Of a stretch of 64,000 bases of DNA, positions 57,999-64,000 are shown piece by piece. The notes under the pieces are model-generated. The model did no database searches and was not told the origin of the DNA. It worked only from the letters and a program-made list of their open reading frames with translations. Both the position numbers and the translations under genes were made by a program. Position 1 is the first letter of the stretch; each line of letters opens with the position of its first letter. Location of the stretch: positions 5,304-69,303 of the forward strand of contig SXHN01000079.1 of NCBI GenBank assembly GCA_005773635.1. Direction: 5' to 3'. The DNA is from Actinomycetota bacterium (GTDB taxonomy: Bacteria; Actinomycetota; Acidimicrobiia; IMCC26256; PALSA-610).

Positions 57999-59222
57999 TT
58001 AGCGCGGTACTTGGCTCCACGGCAACGTCTTGTCGACGCGTGGTTCTCCAGGAAGACCGAGGATTCGTTCGCCCAAGATGTTGCGCATGATTTCGCTTGT
58101 ACCGCCCTCGATTGAGTTCGCGCGGGCTCGCAAGAACATGTGGCGGCTTGCTCCGGGCACGCCTTCAAGGCCGACGTCGGTAGGGCGACGGAACGTGAAG
58201 TCGAATCCGTCGAGTGCGCGCGCTCCGAGCAGATTCATGCAGAGTTCGTAGATTTTTTGATGGTTGATCGCAAGTGCGAGCTTGGCGATCGAACCTTCGG
58301 GGCCGGGGTTTCCCGATCGTGCTGCAGCTACTGCTCGCAAGTTGGTGAGCCGCAATACTTCGGCGTCTACCCAACCTTTCATCAGCTGGTCTTTACGCGC
58401 CGGCGACTGTGTGGTTGCCTCGTCGTTCCAGATGCGCACGGCTTCCGCGATGGCCCCAGCACCGCGCTTCGGGCCTCCGCCACCGCCGCCTCCACCACCG
58501 ATGGAGGTACGTTCATTCGCAAGGGTGGTAAGTGAAACTCCCCACCCTTCGCCTACAGCACCGATGCGATAGCTGTCGGGGATGCGAGCGTCGGTGAGGT
58601 ACACCTCGTTGAATTCCGCTTCGCCGGTGATTTGCCGTAGCGGTCGTACCTCTACTCCTGGTTGGTGCATGTCGACCGCGAAGTAGGTCATGCCTTTGTG
58701 CTTTGGCGTTTCGGGGTCGGTACGCGTGACGAGCATTCCAAAATCGGCGAGGTGTGCGAGCGTGTTCCAAACTTTCTGACCGTTCACCACCCATTCCTCA
58801 CCGTCTCGTTCGGCACGAGTGGCGAGCGACGCGAGGTCCGACCCCGCGCCCGGTTCGCTGAAGAGCTGGCACCACACTTCTTCGCCAGTAAACATTGGGC
58901 GTAGAAATCGTTGTTTCGCCCATTCGCTGCCGTGGGTCACGATCGTTGGTGCCACTAAGAACAAACCGAAAAAGAGTTTGCTTTCGCCGCCCGGCGCGCC
59001 AGCGGCGCGTACTCGCCGGTCTACCTCGCGTTGCAAGCCCGGGCGGACGCCGAGCCCGCCGTAGCCGGCTGGGAAGCTGATCCAGGCAAGACCCTTGTCG
59101 AACTGTGCGCCTCGAAATGTGAAACTGTCGACCTTCGCGGGATCACATTCGGCGAGGAGTTCTTCGGTCAGAGCAATCACTCGTTGAGTATCGGCGTCGA
59201 CTTCGCTGGCAGTTGTATGCAT
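57999..59222 (-). CDS. acyl-CoA dehydrogenase family protein
   Basis: 407 aa from ATG 59222 (MHTTASEV…). ACAD pattern: …WCQLFSEPGAGSDLA…, and C-terminal …IEGGTSEIMRNILGERILGLP. Contains an unusual run of ~9 Gly. Confidence 0.8.
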   Translation of the reverse strand: MHTTASEVDADTQRVIALTEELLAECDPAKVDSFTFRGAQFDKGLAWISFPAGYGGLGVRPGLQREVDRRVRAAGAPGGESKLFFGLFLVAPTIVTHGSEWAKQRFLRPMFTGEEVWCQLFSEPGAGSDLASLATRAERDGEEWVVNGQKVWNTLAHLADFGMLVTRTDPETPKHKGMTYFAVDMHQPGVEVRPLRQITGEAEFNEVYLTDARIPDSYRIGAVGEGWGVSLTTLANERTSIGGGGGGGGGPKRGAGAIAEAVRIWNDEATTQSPARKDQLMKGWVDAEVLRLTNLRAVAAARSGNPGPEGSIAKLALAINHQKIYELCMNLLGARALDGFDFTFRRPTDVGLEGVPGASRHMFLRARANSIEGGTSEIMRNILGERILGLPGEPRVDKTLPWSQVPR

Positions 59223-59247
59223 GGCGTTGAGCGTAGGCTCCGAGCGC

Positions 59248-59847
59248 ATGACTGCGCTCAGCGTGGCCGCGGCTGGTGCGGTCGGATATTTCTGCGGAAC
59301 GTTCCCGACGGCCGACCTCGTCACGCGGATCGCCACCAAGGGTGCGATGAACTTGCGGTCACAAGGCAGCGGGAATCCGGGCGCGACCAACGCCGCCAAA
59401 GTGCTCGGCACCAAGTGGGGTCTTGTTGTGTTGACCGTCGACATCGCGAAGGGCGTCGCCGCGGGATTTGCAGGAATGGCGATTGGCGGCGACTCGGGCG
59501 GCTACCTGGCAGCCACATTGTCGATTGCGGGGCATATTTTTCCAGTCTGGAGCCGTTTCCAGGGGGGCAAAGGGGTTGCAACGTCTGCCGGTGCGTGTTT
59601 GGCAGTGTTTCCTTTGTATTTCCCGATTGATTTGGCTGTCGCTGCGATTGGCGCGGTGGCGGCAAAGAAGGCCGAACGAGCGACCCAGATCAGCGGCGTG
59701 GTGTGGACCGGCGCTGCGCTGTTGTGGTGGCGCGCGGACCTTCCGAACGCTTGGGGACCCGACCCGAGTTGGGGGCTGTTGGCATTCGCGGCAATCAGCA
59801 CAACAATGATTCTCGGAAAATTCTTGCACGCCCGACAGACGGCTTGA
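59248..59847 (+). CDS. plsY: glycerol-3-phosphate acyltransferase PlsY
   Basis: …GYFCGTFPTADLV…GSGNPGATNA…, HIFPVW..F.GGKGVAT. The start may alternatively be the ATG at 59221. Confidence 0.85.
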   Translation: MTALSVAAAGAVGYFCGTFPTADLVTRIATKGAMNLRSQGSGNPGATNAAKVLGTKWGLVVLTVDIAKGVAAGFAGMAIGGDSGGYLAATLSIAGHIFPVWSRFQGGKGVATSAGACLAVFPLYFPIDLAVAAIGAVAAKKAERATQISGVVWTGAALLWWRADLPNAWGPDPSWGLLAFAAISTTMILGKFLHARQTA

Positions 59848-59849
59848 AC

Positions 59850-60674
59850 ATGAAGATCGCGCTCGTTACAGACTCCAACGCTCAACTCCCTGCTCAGCTA
59901 CGCGAGCGCTACAACATTCAAGTAGTGCCGCTTGGCATTACCCTCGACGGTTTGCCCTACAAAGAAGGCGTCGATGTCACGTCTGAAGAGTTCTATGCGC
60001 GACTCGCGCAAGGCGCCAATGTATCGACGAGCGCGCCGTCGCCGGGCGACGTTCTGGAACTGTACGAAGCGGCCGCTGCAGATGGTGCGGACGCCGTACT
60101 GTCAATTCACGTCGGATCAAATACCTCGGCGACCTTGAATTCGGTCAAGATCGCGCAAGGCCTATCGCCCATTCCCGTTTCTATCGTTGACACTGGAACT
60201 GCCTCATTCGCAATCGGCTGCTGCGTGTGGGCGGCTGCCGACTCGTTGGCTGCAGGGCACTCGTTGGCCGACGCAGTGCAGCGAGCCCAAGACGTGGCTG
60301 CCACGGTCGGCAATGTGTTCATCGTCGGCGCACTCGATCTTGCCGAGCGCGGTGGCCGGCTCGCCGCGGTCGAGCGTGATTCGACGTTGCCCGTGCTGGC
60401 ATTGGAATCGGGCCAGATGCGTCCCGTTGGGAGCGTTGTAGATCAAGACGCAGCTGTGGATGCGATGTGTGAATACGTTGTTGATCGGTCGGAGCACAGA
60501 TTGCAGTGTGTGGGTGTCGGCAATGCTGGGAGCGAGCCGCTCACACTGCAGCTCATCGAACGGTTAGTTGCCTCGGGGATTGCTTCGGAGATCGTGCGCT
60601 ACGAAATCGGTCCCTCGGTTGGCGCGCATACTGGTCTCGGAACGGTTGGCTGCGTGTTTTTTCCGAAGGATTGA
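59850..60674 (+). CDS. DegV family fatty-acid-binding protein
   Basis: MKIALVTDSNAQLP……TSAPSPG……SIHVGSNTSATLNS; 274 aa. Starts 3 nt after the plsY stop. Confidence 0.85.
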   Translation: MKIALVTDSNAQLPAQLRERYNIQVVPLGITLDGLPYKEGVDVTSEEFYARLAQGANVSTSAPSPGDVLELYEAAAADGADAVLSIHVGSNTSATLNSVKIAQGLSPIPVSIVDTGTASFAIGCCVWAAADSLAAGHSLADAVQRAQDVAATVGNVFIVGALDLAERGGRLAAVERDSTLPVLALESGQMRPVGSVVDQDAAVDAMCEYVVDRSEHRLQCVGVGNAGSEPLTLQLIERLVASGIASEIVRYEIGPSVGAHTGLGTVGCVFFPKD

Positions 60675-60807
60675 AATGCCAACGAATACCGCAGCCTTGG
60701 CAGTTCGACGTGGCGAAATATCCCTTTCGTTCTTCAGGTTTGCGCAGGTAATGCCAGATCACTGGCCTCTTCACAGAATCTTCGGATTTCGTTGCCGATG
60801 AATCACT

Positions 60808-62034
60808 ATGCCTCGCGTGAACCGTCCTAGCGTTGCAGCAGTGACCAGCACTTGGGAACGGCCCGGCTACCGCTTCGACGCGGAGGGCGTGGCGTCCATC
60901 CCCGCATCCGATTTCGGTGACCCAGCCGTATATGAGCGCGAACGGGCGGCGATGTTTCGTCCGGGTACTGGAATGATGTACCTCGGCCACGACCTGCTGC
61001 TGCCAGGGAAAGGTCATCGCCTTGCCGATGGCGACGGTCGTGTGCTGCTGACCCGCGATGAAGACGGCCAAGTTCGTGCCGTCGCCAACATGTGTACGCA
61101 TACGTTGCGACCGCTCACCGACACGTCAGAGTTTGTTGACAAGTCGTGTATCACCTGCCCATTTCATCAGTGGTCGTTTCGGCGTGATGGCTCACTGATC
61201 GGTGGGCGAGAGATCACCTTCGGATCCGGCGACGAGGGGGCGGCTGTGAGAGCAAGCCTTGCCTTACCGAGTTTCGAAGTGCTCTCGTGGCAAGGTTTTC
61301 ATTTCGGCATCGATCCGCAACGGCGAGCCGAGTATGAACTTGATTTTCAACGCATCTCTAACGATTTCGCGGAACGCGGCTTGAGTGATCATCTCAACTT
61401 TGACGGTTGGACCATTTACGCCAGTGAAGACACGCACTACGCAGCAGATTGGAAGGCCTTCCTTGAGGTTTTCGGCGACTGCTATCACGTGCCGCCGTAT
61501 CACCCTGGTCTGGCTTCGTTTTCTGATTGCGACACATTGCAGTGGACGTTCGGCCCCAACTATCACGTGCAGTTTCTCGATCTTCACGAGACGCGTGGCG
61601 GTGGATCCGAGATGTACACGCAATGGGTGCAAGGTCTCGAACGATACGCCGAGGTGCGCGGCGAACCAATGAGTGATTTCGCCGTTGCGTGGCTTGGTAT
61701 CTACCCCAACATCATGATTGAGCTCTACGCGGGATTACGTGTCTTATCGATTGTGATTCCAACGGGCCCAGACACTCATATCAATCGCTCTCACTATCTG
61801 GTGCCCACGGATATGGAGTCGGTAGTTCCCGGACTTCCCAACGTCATGAAGACGGCGTTCGATGAAACCGGCGTAGAGGATTACGTGCTCATTGAGAGTC
61901 GCCATGCGGGCGCGATGACTGCGAAGTCGCTCGGTATCGACATCGAGTCCTACCACGTCAACCTCTCGGGCCCTGCACCTGAAGCGGGTACCGCGCATTT
62001 CTACGAGTGGTACCGCGCCCAACTTGCTCGTTAA
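60808..62034 (+). CDS. Rieske [2Fe-2S] non-haem iron oxygenase, alpha subunit-like (stand-alone)
   Basis: Rieske motif CTH…(x21)…CPFHQW and mononuclear-iron region …EVFGDCYHVPPYHPG…; 408 aa. No adjacent beta subunit or reductase. Confidence 0.85.
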   Translation: MPRVNRPSVAAVTSTWERPGYRFDAEGVASIPASDFGDPAVYERERAAMFRPGTGMMYLGHDLLLPGKGHRLADGDGRVLLTRDEDGQVRAVANMCTHTLRPLTDTSEFVDKSCITCPFHQWSFRRDGSLIGGREITFGSGDEGAAVRASLALPSFEVLSWQGFHFGIDPQRRAEYELDFQRISNDFAERGLSDHLNFDGWTIYASEDTHYAADWKAFLEVFGDCYHVPPYHPGLASFSDCDTLQWTFGPNYHVQFLDLHETRGGGSEMYTQWVQGLERYAEVRGEPMSDFAVAWLGIYPNIMIELYAGLRVLSIVIPTGPDTHINRSHYLVPTDMESVVPGLPNVMKTAFDETGVEDYVLIESRHAGAMTAKSLGIDIESYHVNLSGPAPEAGTAHFYEWYRAQLAR

Positions 62035-62177
62035 CAGCCACCGATTTATGTGATTCATCGAAATCGGAGCCTTTCGGGCATAACTGAATGCCCTGTTGCG
62101 GTTGCCTTGAACTGATTGACTGAAGACATCAGTACTGCGTCGTCTCATGGGAGTCGACGTTCAAGGGAAAGGGAATC

Positions 62178-64000
62178 ATGGGGCCTGCAGTAATTGCGGC
62201 AATAGTTGTTGGGGTCATTGCGTTGTTTGTGGTTGCGCAGTCGTTTACCTCGATAGGGGCGAGCGAGATCGGTTTGGTTACCAAACGGTTTTCGTTCAAG
62301 AAGCTTCAAGACGACAACCCGATTGCGTTCAATGGTGAGGCCGGTTATCAAGCCGACCTCTTGATGGCGGGGCTCCGATTCAAGCTCTGGCCGATTTATG
62401 GGGTGAAAAAGCATTCGTGGGTCCAGGTGCCTGCCGGGGAGATCGCTGTTGTGGTTGCCCAAGTTGGAATGCCGTTGCCGATTGGTAACAAGAGTGCGGT
62501 GTACGACTTGAAATTCGGCAATTTTTCGAATGTGCGAGCCTTCGTCGAAGGTGGCGGACAAAAGGGTGTGCAGCGCCCGGTGTTGCCTCCGGGCACCTTG
62601 GTGCCTATTCACCCGGTCGCGTTTCTCGTGTTGACTGCTCGCCAAGCGTTCGGCGTGCCGGTTGCTCCCGAAATGCAACAGCGTGCCAAAGCCACCGGCG
62701 GGGTTTTACGCAGTGAATCTTTTGGTTTGAGTGCCGATCAACTCCGCGTCGTAGTGATTTCGCCCAATGGGCCACAAGACACCGTCGGCATCGTGACCGC
62801 ACTTGAAGGCGAGCCGTTGCCTTCTGGCGATATCGCGAGCCGCCTTGGAGCGTTTGAAGACGTGCTGGCCGCCGAGGCAGCCGACGCGACCGACGCCGAC
62901 ATCATCGAACTGTTGTTGGGCAATAAGAACAACCTGCACAACAACTATCAAGACTTTCAACGATTCATCGATAACGGCGGAAAAATCGGTTTGCAACACG
63001 ATCCGTTGTTGTATGGCGCGTATTTGCTCAACCCATTTCTAGTGCAGGTTGAGACTGTGCCGATGCTCGTGGTGAATCAAGGTGAAGTAGCCGTAGTTAA
63101 AGGTTATGTTGGTCTGCCCACTTCCGACACTTCGGGTGTTGAGTTCAAGTTTGGTTCGATTGTGCAACCCGGCCATCGTGGCATCTGGCAAGAACCTTTG
63201 CGTACGGGCAAGTACGCAATCAATCCGCGGGTGTATGCGGCAGAGATCGTGCCGACCTCGATCTTGACGCTCAACTGGAGTGATTCAGTGTCAGCCGCGC
63301 ACAGCCTTGACGTGAACCTCCAGCCAATCTCCGGCAAGAGCCGAGAAGGTTTCGTATTCGGCATCGAACTACAAGTACAGATACATGTGCCCGATACGAA
63401 AGCGCCGAAAGTCATTTCTATGGTTGGCACGATGCTCAACCTCGTCAACGAAGTGCTGTCGTCTGCGGTCGGCAATCATTTCCGTAACACGCTGCAAAGT
63501 CTGGAAGCAGTGAAGTTCATCGAGACGCGTATGGACGTGCAACAAGCCGCACTTCTGGCGGTCTCGCAGTATTTGTCTCTCTACGACGTTGAAACCAAGG
63601 GTGTGTACCTTCAAGACGTTGTGTTCCCACCGGAACTGGTGGAAGTGCTCACCAAACGAGAGATCGCTAACCAGGAAAAGGCAACCTTCGCCGAAGAAGA
63701 ACGCGCCCAGGTCGTGCGGGTCGAAATGGAAAAGGCCAAGGGCACTGCAGACATGCAAGCTTCGTTGGCCCAAGCACAAGTGTCGGTAACGATTAAACAA
63801 GCACAGGCCGAAGCACGTAAAGCTGAAGCCGACGGTGAAGCCACCTATGTGGAGCGCACCGGTATTGCTGAGGCCACTCGCCGCAAGGCAGTTGGTGTCG
63901 CAGATGCTGAGGTGCTCGAACGCACGGGTTCTGCCGAAGCCGAAAAGCAGCGCAGCATTGGTCTTGCTCAAGCAGAAATTACCGAAAAGATAGGTGCCGC
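62178..64000 (+). CDS. SPFH/Band-7 (flotillin-like) membrane protein, 3' end outside the window
   Basis: Not in the ORF track because no stop falls within the window. My translation from ATG 62178 (RBS AAGGGAAAGGGA) stays open for 607 codons. It reads MGPAVIAAIVVGVIALFVVAQSF (TM), then an SPFH-like core (…VNQGEVAVVKGYVG…GHRGIWQEPLRTGKYAINP…), then an Ala/Glu/Gln-rich coiled-coil (…EEERAQVVRVEMEKAKG…QAQAEARKAEADGEA…). Confidence 0.75.
   Translation, partial: MGPAVIAAIVVGVIALFVVAQSFTSIGASEIGLVTKRFSFKKLQDDNPIAFNGEAGYQADLLMAGLRFKLWPIYGVKKHSWVQVPAGEIAVVVAQVGMPLPIGNKSAVYDLKFGNFSNVRAFVEGGGQKGVQRPVLPPGTLVPIHPVAFLVLTARQAFGVPVAPEMQQRAKATGGVLRSESFGLSADQLRVVVISPNGPQDTVGIVTALEGEPLPSGDIASRLGAFEDVLAAEAADATDADIIELLLGNKNNLHNNYQDFQRFIDNGGKIGLQHDPLLYGAYLLNPFLVQVETVPMLVVNQGEVAVVKGYVGLPTSDTSGVEFKFGSIVQPGHRGIWQEPLRTGKYAINPRVYAAEIVPTSILTLNWSDSVSAAHSLDVNLQPISGKSREGFVFGIELQVQIHVPDTKAPKVISMVGTMLNLVNEVLSSAVGNHFRNTLQSLEAVKFIETRMDVQQAALLAVSQYLSLYDVETKGVYLQDVVFPPELVEVLTKREIANQEKATFAEEERAQVVRVEMEKAKGTADMQASLAQAQVSVTIKQAQAEARKAEADGEATYVERTGIAEATRRKAVGVADAEVLERTGSAEAEKQRSIGLAQAEITEKIGA

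Noticed and set aside
58473-58499. Run of ~9 consecutive Gly codons inside the acyl-CoA dehydrogenase
   Set aside because: This is probably a flexible loop insertion or low-complexity expansion. The reading frame is maintained and the ACAD motifs on both sides are intact. It was noted but is not evidence of a separate feature.
62041-62093. Two short hairpins after the Rieske oxygenase gene (CCGATTT…AAATCGG and GGGCAT…ATGCCC), considered as terminators
   Set aside because: The stems are only 6-7 bp, one with a 13-nt loop, and there is no U-tract. They are plausible but too weak to list as features.

Overview
GC-rich bacterial chromosome segment. Gene content and order look actinobacterial, possibly Acidimicrobiia-like, but that is only a guess. 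All calls come from reading the supplied translations and the DNA by eye; no searches were run.

The backbone is a housekeeping synteny block known from Actinobacteria: iscS(partial)-mnmA ... ligA ... gatCAB ... ilvBNC. Accessory or niche genes are interleaved:
- a PASTA Ser/Thr kinase;
- an operon of two paralogous secreted histidine-rich proteins;
- two c-di-GMP signalling proteins;
- an ~11 kb amine uptake and catabolism island: POPT/Pot-type ABC importer, class III aminotransferase, ALS-like ThDP enzyme, aldehyde dehydrogenase, Gfo/Idh/MocA oxidoreductase and RpiR regulator;
- ilvD and two peptidases;
- an Fpg/Nei glycosylase with an atypical finger;
- an Arn-like envelope glycosylation cluster: SDR epimerase/dehydratase, DegT aminotransferase, GT2 and two polytopic membrane proteins;
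- an ABC-2 exporter, plsY-degV, a Rieske oxygenase, and an SPFH/flotillin gene running off the 3' end (absent from the ORF track).

I saw no rRNA, tRNA, CRISPR array, transposase, integrase or recognisable defence system.

The observations most worth follow-up are:
1. the His-rich paralog pair, which shares an unassigned C-terminal domain with invariant His/Cys and carries a 36-nt coding tandem array;
2. the Arn-like cluster, in which the SDR has Asn at the YxxxK tyrosine position;
3. the amine island with its unexpected ThDP enzyme and split transporter;
4. a textbook ilvB attenuator with leader peptide MLFSTTLVVVVT that appears leaderless;
5. a PAS-GGDEF-EAL protein whose EAL domain is degenerate.

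Many long ORFs in the track are antisense shadows or false N-terminal extensions typical of GC-rich DNA. These were trimmed or rejected.
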